A stretch of DNA of 64,000 nt, taken from assembly GCA_963833605.1 (NCBI GenBank), contig CAWHYZ010000003.1, forward strand, positions 71,760-135,759, given 5' to 3'. Position 1 is the first letter of the stretch; every line of letters starts with the position of its first letter. Source of the stretch: an uncultured Alphaproteobacteria bacterium. Lineage in GTDB: Bacteria; Pseudomonadota; Alphaproteobacteria; Rhizobiales; Xanthobacteraceae. The notes under the pieces were generated by a model, which saw nothing but the letters and a program-made list of their open reading frames with translations, searched no databases and was not told where the DNA came from. The position numbers and the translations under genes were made by a program. Of the stretch, positions 9,901 to 20,987 are shown piece by piece.

Positions 9901-11523
9901 ATGAATCACATTCCAGTCATTATCGCGGGCGGCGGCCCGGTCGGCATGACGCTCGCGCGCGATCTTGCGCGCCGCGGCATTCAGACGCTGCTGGTCGAGC
10001 GCAATCTCACGACCACGCGCCATCCCAAAATGGACATCACGAACGCTCGCAGCATGGAGTTGTTTCGCCGGCTCGGCGTCGCCGATGCGCTGCGTGCCGT
10101 TGCGGTCCCGGAAGCCAACAATTTCGACGTGTCCTGGATCACCGGCCTCTCTGGTCATGAGCTCCATCGCTTCCGCTATCCGAGCGTAACGCAGTGGCGG
10201 CAGATCATCCGCGACAAGAACGACGGCAGCATGCCTGGCGAACCGCCCATGCGTGTCTCCCAGGTCGAGATCGAACCGGTTCTGGCGCAGGCGATCCGAT
10301 CCGAACCGTTGATCGATGCCCGCTGGGGCATGGCATTCGAAGATTTGAAGCAGGACATCAGCGGCGTGACCGCGACCCTGCGACCGGAAGGAGGCGCCGT
10401 CGTCCAGGTGCGTTGCGATTATTTGGTCGGGTGCGACGGCGGCACCAGCGAGGTTCGTCACTGCCTTGGTATCGGGCTGGATGGCCAAGCCTCGGTGCAG
10501 CAGCGCTTCATGACCCATTTTCGCTCCGACGCCCGGGACGTGCTGCAGCCCTGGGGCATCGCCTGGCACTACCAGTCGCTCCGCGGCACATTGATTGCCC
10601 AAAACGATCGCGACATCTGGACCCTGCAAACACGCTGGCCCGAGGATGTTCCGCCTTCGGCGATCGATCCCGACAAGCTGCTGCTTAACTTTGCGGGACA
10701 CGATTTCGATTATGAGATCCTGGTCGCCAACGCATGGATGTCGCATCTGCTGGTCGCACAGGCATATCAGAGCGGACGCGTGTTTCTGGCCGGCGACGCT
10801 GCGCATCAATACATTCCAACCGGTGGCTATGGCATGAACACCGGCATCGGGGATGCCTGTGACTTGGGCTGGAAGCTCGCTGCCGTGTTGCATGGGTTCG
10901 GTTCGCGCGATCTCCTGTCTTCCTACGACGCCGAGCGCCGCCCGATCGGTGCGCGCAACTGCGAGGCTTCCCGGCGCCACACCAAAGTGCGCAGCGAAAT
11001 TGCCAAGATTTTGCGGGCGGATTTGAACGTGCCCGGCCCGGCTGGCGATCAGGCACGCGCCGAAGCGGGCAGGCGTATCGAGGCGCTCGGCAACGCTGAA
11101 AACGAGAGCTTTGGCATCGAACTCGGCTACGCGTATGTCGATTCGCCAGTTGTGTGCGGCGAGCCGGACACGATCGTTCCCGGTGATGCGCTGAACTATG
11201 TGCCCTCAACGGTGCCCGGCGTACGGCTGCCGAGCGTCATCCTCGACGACGGCACGCCCATCTATGACCGGCTCGGGCCATGGTTCACCCTGCTGTGCAG
11301 CGGCGTGGCGCCGAGTGCAGCATTGCTATCCGCGGCGGAGAAAAATCGGATGCCTGTGACGGTGCTGCCGCTAGATGCGTCCGAGTTCCAGCACGCCTAC
11401 GGCCACGGCCTCATTCTGGTACGCCCGGACCAGCATATTGCGTGGCGGGGCGGCGCTTGCGACGACACCGCCGCTGCGGACGCGATCATCAGACGCAGTC
11501 TGGGGTGGGACCACGCAGAGTGA
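9901..11523 (+). CDS. FAD-dependent aromatic-ring monooxygenase (PheA/TfdB-like)
   Basis: N-terminal dinucleotide fold VIIAGGGPVGMTLARDLARRG, GCDG motif, GDAAH..P.GG.G.N.G..DA motif, 540 aa. Confidence 0.9.
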   Translation: MNHIPVIIAGGGPVGMTLARDLARRGIQTLLVERNLTTTRHPKMDITNARSMELFRRLGVADALRAVAVPEANNFDVSWITGLSGHELHRFRYPSVTQWRQIIRDKNDGSMPGEPPMRVSQVEIEPVLAQAIRSEPLIDARWGMAFEDLKQDISGVTATLRPEGGAVVQVRCDYLVGCDGGTSEVRHCLGIGLDGQASVQQRFMTHFRSDARDVLQPWGIAWHYQSLRGTLIAQNDRDIWTLQTRWPEDVPPSAIDPDKLLLNFAGHDFDYEILVANAWMSHLLVAQAYQSGRVFLAGDAAHQYIPTGGYGMNTGIGDACDLGWKLAAVLHGFGSRDLLSSYDAERRPIGARNCEASRRHTKVRSEIAKILRADLNVPGPAGDQARAEAGRRIEALGNAENESFGIELGYAYVDSPVVCGEPDTIVPGDALNYVPSTVPGVRLPSVILDDGTPIYDRLGPWFTLLCSGVAPSAALLSAAEKNRMPVTVLPLDASEFQHAYGHGLILVRPDQHIAWRGGACDDTAAADAIIRRSLGWDHAE

Positions 11524-11536
11524 CTGCCCGCGGGCC

Positions 11537-12607
11537 TTATGCGGCCGCTTTGCGGTTGGCGGCAAGTCGCGCGTCCACCGTTGCTACGGTCTCGTCGACG
11601 ATCGGCGAGCGCAGGCCTTTTTGGGCCGCAATCGTTTGCACCAGCCGGTCGGTCCTCTCGATATTCTGTGCGCCCGCGAACAAGGCGCGTGCCGCTGAAG
11701 ACGGCCGCGTCAAGCCTTGGGCGGCTGCGGCGTATTTCTCGAACGGCACCAGATCATTCGGGTCGGCCCCGAGCGTCACCACGAGATCGCGCACCCAATT
11801 GTAGACCGTGCGAGATTTTTCGAGGTCGGCATGCACGGCTTCTTTGATGGTGATGGCGGCGTCCTTGGTTACGCAGCGATAATTGCCGGTGAGCAACATG
11901 GCCCACTTCGCCAGCGGCACGAAGATCGAATCGTGCACCTTGAGCTTGACCGGAATGTCCATCGGCCCGTCGCCGGCGTCGTAGCGGATTGCTTCGATAT
12001 CTTTCTGCATCTGGCGCAGGATCGCGGTGTGGGCATCGGAGTCAAAGCGCGCCACCTTGAAATTGGTCGGCAAGGTGACCAGCAGCACGTTGGACTTCTC
12101 TTCTGGCGGGCGGATGGCCTGTGGGTCCGGGCTGCAAAGCGTCATTAGTCCGGGATCGAAGCCTTCCCATACGCTTGGATCCGTGTAACAGGCGCGCAAC
12201 GGATCGGCGGCCAGCCCCGGAATGCGCTTGAGATAGGGCAGCGGCGGCATGTTCATGATCGACATGCACGGCACTTTTGCTTTGGCGACAGCCCCGAGAA
12301 GCTCGCGCACACCCGGCGCTCGGTACTGCGGCTCCTGCATGGCGAGTGCGACCAGATCGTAGTCGGTCGGGTTAACGGCGGTCGGAACGTCAGCCGAAAG
12401 CTTGCCGGGGAGCTTGCGTGAGTCGATCTCGACAAGCCCGGATTTGCCCTTGATTGGCAACCGTACGCGGGTTCCTTCCTGGTTGATCACCTCCGTCTCG
12501 GCTGGCAGGCACACGAGCTTAACCTTGTGCCCGGCGAACAGGAGCTTGGTCGCCAGCAGCGAGCCGTAGGAAGCACCCATGATCATGACATTGTAGGTGG
12601 ACGGCAT
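11537..12607 (-). CDS. Rossmann-fold oxidoreductase of unknown function (ApbA/PanE-like)
   Basis: Start placed at ATG 12607, preceded by a GGGAGA Shine-Dalgarno (SD). N-terminus VMIMGASYGSLLATKLL. The 121-aa upstream extension in the ORF track is Arg/Pro-rich and not protein-like. Confidence 0.55.
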   Translation of the reverse strand: MPSTYNVMIMGASYGSLLATKLLFAGHKVKLVCLPAETEVINQEGTRVRLPIKGKSGLVEIDSRKLPGKLSADVPTAVNPTDYDLVALAMQEPQYRAPGVRELLGAVAKAKVPCMSIMNMPPLPYLKRIPGLAADPLRACYTDPSVWEGFDPGLMTLCSPDPQAIRPPEEKSNVLLVTLPTNFKVARFDSDAHTAILRQMQKDIEAIRYDAGDGPMDIPVKLKVHDSIFVPLAKWAMLLTGNYRCVTKDAAITIKEAVHADLEKSRTVYNWVRDLVVTLGADPNDLVPFEKYAAAAQGLTRPSSAARALFAGAQNIERTDRLVQTIAAQKGLRSPIVDETVATVDARLAANRKAAA

Positions 12608-12779
12608 CGCTATCTCCCGTGTGCTTGGATTGAGAACCGCAATGCTATTGCGGGCGGGGCACGATCGCAATGCGCGTTCTGCCCGGCAATTCGAAATCCT
12701 TCCGGATTGGCCGCGGGCCCGGTTGCGCGGCTGCCGCAGCGCAATACCGGGTTTATGCGAAACCCGGATCCCTAGCCGT

Positions 12780-13856
12780 TCAAGACCGGCGGGTCCCCCT
12801 GTTCGCGCTGGACCTGCGGGGCGCTGAAGGTCGTGGGGTGCGAACCTGCTTCGGCGTCTGCCCGGTCCAGCGCTTGAATGCATGGGTGAATGCGCTGATC
12901 TCCTCATAGCCGAGCAGCCACGCAATCTGGGAAATCGACAGGGCTTCGTCGCGCAGATAGCGCCGGGCAAGGTCGGTTTTCATCTCGACGAGTATTTCGG
13001 TAAAGGTCAGCCCCTCGGACGCGAGACGACGGACGAGCGTGCGCTTGCCCATGCCCAAGCGACGAGCGATTTCACCCAAATCCGCCTTGCCATGTGGCAG
13101 CAGTGGAGCAATGGCCTTTTCCACGTCGGTGCGCAAAGTCCGGCGATCGGCACGCCGGTGCCCGAGCGCGCTCTCGCAATAATCGACCAGCAACTCTCCC
13201 AGGCGTGGATCGGCGCCGGCGATCGGCGCTTGGGTCATGGCTTTTTGAAAAATAATTTCATCCACATTGGCGTCGAAGACGATCTCGCATCCCAGGAATG
13301 CACTCATTTCCGGCGCTGCGTCACGATGGTGCATGACCTGCACACGTTGCGGCGGCGCTCGGTAATTGGCCAAATGCCAACCGAGACGAACCATTGTGGT
13401 CAGCAAGAACTCGATCTGATGGCGGTCAGCGCGTCGATCGACGCCGACATAGTCGAGGATGATCCCGAATTCCTGTCCGTCTCGGATCCGCAGCGCGAAC
13501 CCCTCGTTCGCGATCGTGCTGTAGCGCTGCGCGCGCAGCAAGGCTTCGCCGATCTGTTCCGAGGAGGCCAGCACGTAATAGAGCAACCCGATTTCCCGAA
13601 GGTCAAAATCGCGCGCCAGATGAAATCCGAGAAAATCGTCCTGCAGCGCGTCCGCGATCAGCTCAAGCAGGATGATCTGGCTCTGTACCGGGATCCGTGC
13701 GCTGCGATCTTCGATCTCCCGTCGAGTCACTCCCGCCCGAACCAGCAGTGGAGCAAGATCGATCCCGGCGCTGTGCGCGCGCAAGCAAGCGAACCGGCTG
13801 AGACCTCCGGCCGCAAGCGGCATCGCGCACAGTGGCCGCAGACCCGAATTACGCAT
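12780..13856 (-). CDS. AraC family transcriptional regulator with an N-terminal arabinose-binding-like domain
   Basis: C-terminal double HTH (LSISQIAWLLGYEEISAFTHAFKRWTGQTP). Start placed at ATG 13856 (MRNSGLRPL); the upstream extension was rejected. Confidence 0.85.
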   Translation of the reverse strand: MRNSGLRPLCAMPLAAGGLSRFACLRAHSAGIDLAPLLVRAGVTRREIEDRSARIPVQSQIILLELIADALQDDFLGFHLARDFDLREIGLLYYVLASSEQIGEALLRAQRYSTIANEGFALRIRDGQEFGIILDYVGVDRRADRHQIEFLLTTMVRLGWHLANYRAPPQRVQVMHHRDAAPEMSAFLGCEIVFDANVDEIIFQKAMTQAPIAGADPRLGELLVDYCESALGHRRADRRTLRTDVEKAIAPLLPHGKADLGEIARRLGMGKRTLVRRLASEGLTFTEILVEMKTDLARRYLRDEALSISQIAWLLGYEEISAFTHAFKRWTGQTPKQVRTPRPSAPRRSSANRGTRRS

Positions 13857-13973
13857 ACTTGTTTTCCGTCCACGCTCGACGAGGTCGCCAACCTGGCGTG
13901 CAGCGTCAATTTTTTGGCACGTTATAGCAAGACGATATTGGGCCGTTGCTTGTAGGAGGGGCTTGGCGACGTT

Positions 13974-14360
13974 GTGTCCCGGCGGGTAAGAGGGCAGCCG
14001 GACAATGGAGGATTGGGGTTGATACCGCAAAGTTCCAGGGGCGGAGAGCAAGACCTCGGGCAGAGGCTTCTGCTCGCCTACGTTTCCCTGTGCACCGTGG
14101 AAGACGGCTTGCGAGCCGCGCTGCTTGCACGTTTCGGCAATTATGAGGTGCGCCTCATCGAGTTTACATCGCCCAGGCGCGCCGGCGGCAAGCCGTTGTG
14201 GTTGGAATTGTACGACCGCGAGTTTAGGTCTGCTTTCGATTGCTACGCCTGGTCGCGCTTGTCCAAGCTCGATGAGGCAGTCGCCGCCGCCGAGCAGCTC
14301 ATCGCGAAGGCCAAGCAATTGCATGGGCAGACGCCGCAGCGCAGCCACGCGTTGCATTAG
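13974..14360 (+). CDS. Hypothetical protein (weak call)
   Basis: ORF only, with no recognisable family. A short hairpin, GCACCG-N6-CGGTGC, follows the stop at 14361-14378. The start is uncertain. Confidence 0.3.
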   Translation: MSRRVRGQPDNGGLGLIPQSSRGGEQDLGQRLLLAYVSLCTVEDGLRAALLARFGNYEVRLIEFTSPRRAGGKPLWLELYDREFRSAFDCYAWSRLSKLDEAVAAAEQLIAKAKQLHGQTPQRSHALH

Positions 14361-14870
14361 GCACCGCTGCGCCGGTGCAGTTTAAGATTGCCGCCATTGA
14401 CGTTGGCTCCAAGCCGGCCCTTGCCAGTCAATCGCGCGAATGAACGTGCGCGCTCAGCGTCGCTTTGGGTGTGGACGGTTCCACGCGCATCGGGTCAGCA
14501 CCCTGGTTCGTCAGCGGCTCTACATCGAGCGCGTCATCGGCATAGGCCTCGTCGGCCACCACCTCATCCGGTGTGCGCGTGAGGCCTCGGTCGGGCACCA
14601 GCACGCTTCGCGCTATTCGACCGGAGTTCGGACGCCCGCACCCGCCGCAGAGTAGACCTCACGCGCAGGAATGGCACTCCCGCGGGGGACCCGATAAGTT
14701 GTCGATCGTCATCACCAAGGCTTGTCGGAGGTCTCGTGCGCGAGCGCGGTGCCCCGTCCGGACCGTCTTGCCCCAAGTGACGAAGCGGCGCATTCCTCGA
14801 CAAGATCGCCCGGTAAACCTGGCCTTGGGCGCGGGTAGGAAAACGGGTCAGGCAGCGGAGAACCTTGCAT

Positions 14871-15884
14871 ATGGCCAAGATCGTGTTTGGATTTGGAACG
14901 TCCCACGGACCCTTGCTGGCGACCCCGCCGCATGAGTGGGATCTGCGGGCCAATGTGGATCGCAAAAACAGGGCGCTTGCGTTCGGGGCTGGCACCTACG
15001 ACTTCGGGCAGCTTTACGACCTGCGCAAGGGCGATCATTTCGAAAAGCAGAACACGCTCGAGGTTCGCAAGGAGCGTCACGACCGCTGCCAGAAACAACT
15101 CGACGTGCTCGCCGAGCGCCTCGCCAAGATCGATCCGGACGTGCTGGTGATCGTCGGCGATGATCATCATGAATGGTTCCTCAACGACATCCAACCGGCG
15201 CTCTCGGTCTTCCACGGCATGCAGGTGTTCAACCGCGCCCTGACCAAGGCCGAAGAGGACGAGAAGATCGCCAACGGGAACGGCTATGCGATGAAGATCT
15301 ACTACCCGCAGAAGGACGAGATCTATCCGTGCCCATCGGGCTTGGCGGCCCATATGGTCAACCAAGCGGTACAGCAGGATTTCGACGTGGCTGCCCTGGG
15401 CGAGCAGCCCGCCGACGGTGGCGTCCTGCGTCAACTCGGACATTCCTACGGTTTCATCTATCGTCGCATCCTCAACAGCCGACCGATTCCCCTGATCCCG
15501 GTCCTGGTCAATACCTACTATCCGCCTAACCAGCCGACACCCAAGCGCTGCCTTGATTTCGGTCGCGCGCTCGGCCGCGCCATCAAGTCGTGGCGGGGCA
15601 ACGAGCGGGTCGCGGTCGTAGCTTCCGGGGGCGTGAGCCATTTTGTGGTCGACGAGGCCTTCGACCGCCGCCTGCTCGGCGCCATGAAGCAGCGCGATTA
15701 CAAAGTCTTGATCGGGGAGCCGGACATTCACTTTCGCTCTGGAACCTCTGAGACCAAGAACTGGCTTGTTGTTGCTGGTATTCTGGCTGAGACCAATCTT
15801 GACATGGAACTTCTGGACTATGTGCCCTGCTATCGCTCGGAGGCCGGCACCGGCAGCGGAATGGCGTTTGCCACCTGGCAGTGA
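14871..15884 (+). CDS. Class III extradiol ring-cleavage dioxygenase (LigB superfamily)
   Basis: N-terminus FGFGTSHGPLL, GDDHHEWF and SGGVSHF motifs. ATG 14871 lies 10 nt after a GGAG. Confidence 0.8.
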   Translation: MAKIVFGFGTSHGPLLATPPHEWDLRANVDRKNRALAFGAGTYDFGQLYDLRKGDHFEKQNTLEVRKERHDRCQKQLDVLAERLAKIDPDVLVIVGDDHHEWFLNDIQPALSVFHGMQVFNRALTKAEEDEKIANGNGYAMKIYYPQKDEIYPCPSGLAAHMVNQAVQQDFDVAALGEQPADGGVLRQLGHSYGFIYRRILNSRPIPLIPVLVNTYYPPNQPTPKRCLDFGRALGRAIKSWRGNERVAVVASGGVSHFVVDEAFDRRLLGAMKQRDYKVLIGEPDIHFRSGTSETKNWLVVAGILAETNLDMELLDYVPCYRSEAGTGSGMAFATWQ

Positions 15885-15898
15885 GCAAACCGTGTGGA

Positions 15899-16561
15899 TC
15901 AAGTGATGAGGCTGGCACCGAGGTTCACTGCGAGGGCCAGAATCGCGACGCTAAAGAAGAACGACACGATTCCATGCATCACCACGACACGACGCACAGG
16001 CATTGAGGTCACCTCGACGTCAGAGACCTGGAACGTCATCCCGATCACGAATGAAAAATAGATGAAGTCCCAATAGTTGGGATGGACGGTCTCGGGAAAG
16101 GCCAATCCACTGCCGTGCTCGCCTGGTCCGCGATAGAAGCGATGTGCGTAGTGGAACGCGAAGATCGTGTGGATCAGAGCCCAGGACAGCAACGTCGTGA
16201 TGGCCGCCAGCGGGAAGGCGAACTGCTCGCGCGGGGTTGGGGCACGCGTGGCGCCCACTTCGACAATGATTGCCGCAAGACTCGCGACTGCGGCGGCGAC
16301 GGTCAGGATCAGAATGAGCAATCCGCCCTCGTCGTACTGTTCGGCGCGAGCCTGCACCCTCTTCAGATCGAAGTCTTGGACAAGGATGAAGGCGGTGACC
16401 AGATAGACGATGGCACCGATATCCCAACCAATCAGTAACCGCGTCGAGGAGCGCAGGCTGTGCGGCAACAACAGCAAGACGATAACGCCGATGGCTGCGG
16501 CGATACTCAAACGCGCGTGATAGCGAACAATCCGCAGCGGTTTTGGCAGACGATGTAACAT
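15899..16561 (-). CDS. DUF1345 family membrane protein
   Basis: FAFHYAH.FY and YWDFIYFSFVIGMTFQVSDV motifs. Start placed at MLHRLPKPL. Confidence 0.8.
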   Translation of the reverse strand: MLHRLPKPLRIVRYHARLSIAAAIGVIVLLLLPHSLRSSTRLLIGWDIGAIVYLVTAFILVQDFDLKRVQARAEQYDEGGLLILILTVAAAVASLAAIIVEVGATRAPTPREQFAFPLAAITTLLSWALIHTIFAFHYAHRFYRGPGEHGSGLAFPETVHPNYWDFIYFSFVIGMTFQVSDVEVTSMPVRRVVVMHGIVSFFFSVAILALAVNLGASLIT

Positions 16562-16635
16562 GCGCTCCTTCGTCCTTTCGTCGCTGGGCCCGCGACCGTA
16601 GCGCACCGCTATCCCTCCAGGCTACGATTGTCGCA

Positions 16636-17331
16636 ATGACACCGAAAGGGCGACATGGCATCCGGCGTTTCATCCGCGTTGTGGTTTGTGCCCTCCTGTT
16701 GATCATCGTGCTGCCGTTCGGTCTCACGCTGCTCTATGGGGTGATCGCTCCGGTCTCGACCCCGATGCTCTGGCGTTTGGCGACCGACCAGCGCGTCGAG
16801 CGGGTGTGGATACCACTCGACCGCGTGGCGCCGGCCTTGGTGATCGCGGCGATCGTTGCCGAGGACGCCCGCTACTGCCGTCACCACGGGGTTGATGTCG
16901 AGAGCGTTGTCGAGCTGATCGAGGAGGCTGACGACCTGCGTGAAGCGCGCGGCGGATCGAGCATCACCCAGCAGACCGCGAAAAATCTATTCCTATGGCG
17001 GTCGCGAAGCTTTGTGCGCAAGGCACTCGAATTGCCGCTGGCGATGTGGCTCGACCTCGTCCTCGGTAAGCGGCGCGTGCTCGAAATCTATCTCAACATC
17101 GCCGAGTGGGGGCCCGATGGAGAGTTCGGGATCGAGGCCGGCGGGCGCCGCGCATTTGGCAAATCGGCGCATGACCTCGACACTCGTGAAGCGGCGCTGC
17201 TCGCAGCCATGCTGCCCAATCCGCGTCGGCGCGACGCCCGCCGGCCCGGACCTGGACTGCGCCGGCTCGCCGGCATCTACCAGGCGCGTTCGGCAGCAAG
17301 TCGCGGCGTCGCGGTCTGTGTCCTGCGTTGA
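16636..17331 (+). CDS. mtgA: Monofunctional biosynthetic peptidoglycan transglycosylase
   Basis: GT51 motifs AIVAEDARYCRHHG, GGSSITQQTAKNLFLW and RVLEIYLNIAEWG. Start at ATG 16636. Confidence 0.9.
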   Translation: MTPKGRHGIRRFIRVVVCALLLIIVLPFGLTLLYGVIAPVSTPMLWRLATDQRVERVWIPLDRVAPALVIAAIVAEDARYCRHHGVDVESVVELIEEADDLREARGGSSITQQTAKNLFLWRSRSFVRKALELPLAMWLDLVLGKRRVLEIYLNIAEWGPDGEFGIEAGGRRAFGKSAHDLDTREAALLAAMLPNPRRRDARRPGPGLRRLAGIYQARSAASRGVAVCVLR

Positions 17332-17514
17332 CACGGCAAGTTCGACCGCAGCCTGCGACGGTTTGTACTATCCATCAACGACGGCGACACCTACGGCAGC
17401 CGGCCGTTCATTTCGCCTCAAAGCGCACTAGCCACAGGGTCGACCATCCTCTATAAGCCGCGCTTCCAGCTCAAATCGCCTTGGCGCTTGGCGCCCCTTA
17501 AATGCGAGGATCCT

Positions 17515-17700
17515 ATGGCTGTTCCAAAACGCAAAACCTCGCCGTCGAAACGCGGCATGCGTCGCTCGCACGACGCCTTGAAAAAGCCGACCTATGTCGA
17601 GGACAAGGACTCCGGCGAGCTGCGCCGGCCGCATCATCTCGATCTCAAGACCGGGATGTATCGCGGCCGCCAGATCCTGAAGGTAAAGACGGAAGCCTGA
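17515..17700 (+). CDS. rpmF: 50S ribosomal protein L32
   Basis: [30 protein letters not shown] lies upstream of ATG 17515. Confidence 0.95.
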   Translation: MAVPKRKTSPSKRGMRRSHDALKKPTYVEDKDSGELRRPHHLDLKTGMYRGRQILKVKTEA

Positions 17701-17703
17701 ACT

Positions 17704-18291
17704 CTATTTCTTCTCGTTGCCGGTGAGCTGGTCGATGCGCTTCTGCATGTCCTCCAGCCTGCGCTTCATGTCGTCGAGTTCGCCGCCGGGCGCTTTTTCC
17801 TTGCCCTTCTCGGCCTCGGCGGCCGCCTGACCTTCGCGCCGCGCGAATGGCACAAACATCGCAAACGTGCGTTCGAACATTTCCATGTTTCGGCGCACCT
17901 GGTCTTCCATCGCGCCGAAGCCAACGCCGCCGAATGCCTGCGCCATCTGTTCGCGGAACTTGCCCTGCTCGCGCGTGAACGCCTCGATCGAGGTTTCCAA
18001 AAAGCGCGGCACCAAAGTCTGCATGCTGTCGCCATAAAAGCGGATCAACTGGCGCAGGAATGTGATCGGCAGCAGGTTCTGCCCTTCCTTATTCTCCTGC
18101 TCGAAAATGATCTGAGTGAGCACCGAGCGGGTGATGTCCTCGCCGGTCTTGGCATCGTACACCGCAAAGTCTTCACCCTTCTTGACCATGCCGGCGAGGT
18201 CTTCGAGCGTCACGTAGGTGCTGGTGCCGGTGTTGTAGAGTTTGCGGTTGGCGTACTTCTTGATAATGACGGGGTTGTCGGGCTTGTTCAT
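17704..18291 (-). CDS. phaR: Polyhydroxyalkanoate synthesis repressor PhaR
   Basis: IKKYANRKLYNTGTSTYVTLEDLAGMVKKGEDF.V.DAKTGEDITRSVLTQIIFEQE is the canonical PhaR N-terminus. Confidence 0.9.
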   Translation of the reverse strand: MNKPDNPVIIKKYANRKLYNTGTSTYVTLEDLAGMVKKGEDFAVYDAKTGEDITRSVLTQIIFEQENKEGQNLLPITFLRQLIRFYGDSMQTLVPRFLETSIEAFTREQGKFREQMAQAFGGVGFGAMEDQVRRNMEMFERTFAMFVPFARREGQAAAEAEKGKEKAPGGELDDMKRRLEDMQKRIDQLTGNEKK

Positions 18292-18556
18292 CGCGATCGC
18301 GTCACAAAATGCCGGCGGGCCCCGGCGCAATAGGCTAGTTTGACAAAATAGGCGGTTTCCCGCGCAGCGGCCACCTTTTTGTGCAGTGCTTTTGAGCGCC
18401 GTCCCGGTGGGTAAAGCTCGCGATGGACACGCGCCGGGCCGACGCGCTATCGAGAATGCCAGGAATTAGCTGAAGCACGTCCGACCGAGCACCGGTCCAA
18501 CACGCCCAAAACCATCGCCGGCACAGCCGTTCGCCGGCCCAAACAGGAGTTCTGTC

Positions 18557-19733
<1,177 letters not shown>

Positions 19734-19783
19734 GGAATCGCTTCAAGCGATCCAACCGCCGGGAATCAGGGAGGAGACCAGGC

Positions 19784-20506
19784 ATGCCCCGCGTTGCAGT
19801 GGTGACGGGCGGTACCCGCGGCATCGGCTCGGCAATCGCCCGCGCGCTCAGTGCGGCCGGTTATCAGGTTGCCGCCAATTACGGCGGCAACGATGAGGCC
19901 GCCCAGAAATTCAAGGCCGAGACCGGCATCCCGGTCTACAAGTGGGACGTGAGCTCGTTCGAGGCCTGCGCGGAGGGCGTCAAGAAAGTGGTGGCCGATC
20001 TCGGCCCGGTCGAGGTGCTGGTCAACAACGCCGGCATCACCCGCGACACCACGCTCCATCGCATGAAGCCGGAGCAATGGAACGCGGTGATCAACACCAA
20101 CCTCAACTCGCTGTTCAACATGTGCCGGCAGGTGATCGAGAGCATGCGCGAACGCAAGTTCGGTCGCATCATCAATATTTCTTCGATCAACGGCCAGAAG
20201 GGTCAGATCGGTCAGACCAACTACTCGGCCGCCAAGGCAGGCGAGATCGGGTTTACCAAGGCATTGGCGCAGGAGAACGCGCGCCTGGGAATCACGGTCA
20301 ACGCGATATGCCCGGGCTATATCAACACCGAAATGGTGCAGGCGGTACCAAAGGACGTGCTTGAGAAGATCATCGCGCAGATCCCGGTCGGTCGGCTGGG
20401 TGAGCCTGACGACATTGCACGTTGTGTGGTGTTTCTGGCCGCCGACACGGCCGACTTCATCACTGGCGCGACGCTCAACGTGAATGGCGCCCAGTACCTG
20501 AGCTAA
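19784..20506 (+). CDS. phaB: Acetoacetyl-CoA reductase (SDR)
   Basis: VTGGTRGIGSAI, NNAGITRD and YSAAKAG motifs, 240 aa, directly downstream of phaA. Confidence 0.9.
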   Translation: MPRVAVVTGGTRGIGSAIARALSAAGYQVAANYGGNDEAAQKFKAETGIPVYKWDVSSFEACAEGVKKVVADLGPVEVLVNNAGITRDTTLHRMKPEQWNAVINTNLNSLFNMCRQVIESMRERKFGRIINISSINGQKGQIGQTNYSAAKAGEIGFTKALAQENARLGITVNAICPGYINTEMVQAVPKDVLEKIIAQIPVGRLGEPDDIARCVVFLAADTADFITGATLNVNGAQYLS

Positions 20507-20510
20507 GGTC

Positions 20511-20972
20511 TCACGGCGCCCAGTCCTTGGGTGCAAGTTCGAAGCCGGCATACTCGAAGCCGGGCGCGACCGTGCAGCCGACCAGCGTCCAATCGCCAAG
20601 GCTTTCGGCCGCCTGCCAGGCATGCGCCGGCACGATCGCCTGCGGCCGTTGGCCAGCCGCGAGGTCGGGTCCAAGCATGACGGTTTTGGTGGTGTTTTTT
20701 TCGGTGATCGCCAACCGCAACGGGGCGCCCGCGTGCCAGTGCCAGCCCTCTGCCGCGTCGACCCGGTGCCAATGCGAGCGCTCGCCGCGCGCCAGCAGGA
20801 AATAGATCGCGGTCGAGGCCGCGCGCTTGCCGTCGATCAGCTGGGTGTCGCGAAACGTTTCGCAAAAATGCCCGCCCTCCGGATGCGGCCGCATGGCGAG
20901 CAGGCGAATGATCTCGGCGGCGCTCAAAGCATCGTCAGGAACAGGGGCCACGGATCTTCCTGCCAAATGCAA
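20511..20972 (-). CDS. Cupin domain protein (DUF985 family)
   Basis: L.PHPEGG.F.ETFRD motif, 153 aa. Confidence 0.8.
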   Translation of the reverse strand: MHLAGRSVAPVPDDALSAAEIIRLLAMRPHPEGGHFCETFRDTQLIDGKRAASTAIYFLLARGERSHWHRVDAAEGWHWHAGAPLRLAITEKNTTKTVMLGPDLAAGQRPQAIVPAHAWQAAESLGDWTLVGCTVAPGFEYAGFELAPKDWAP

Positions 20973-20987
20973 CCCACCTGGAATGGA

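Noticed and set aside
12608-12970. A 121-aa N-terminal extension of the Rossmann oxidoreductase ORF
   Set aside because: The extension is Arg/Pro/Gly-rich and not protein-like. The internal ATG at 12607 has a GGGAGA SD and begins with the dinucleotide-binding fold.
13857-14357. A 167-aa N-terminal extension of the AraC regulator ORF
   Set aside because: It has no similarity to AraC N-domains. The family-typical N-terminus begins at MRNSGLRPL (ATG 13856).
14428-14604. A 58-aa acidic minus-strand ORF (VLVPDRGLTRTPDEVVADEAYADDALDVEPL...)
   Set aside because: It falls below the threshold, starts at GTG without an SD, has only moderate third-position GC and matches no recognisable family. It is mentioned only as a candidate inside the long AraC-LigB spacer.
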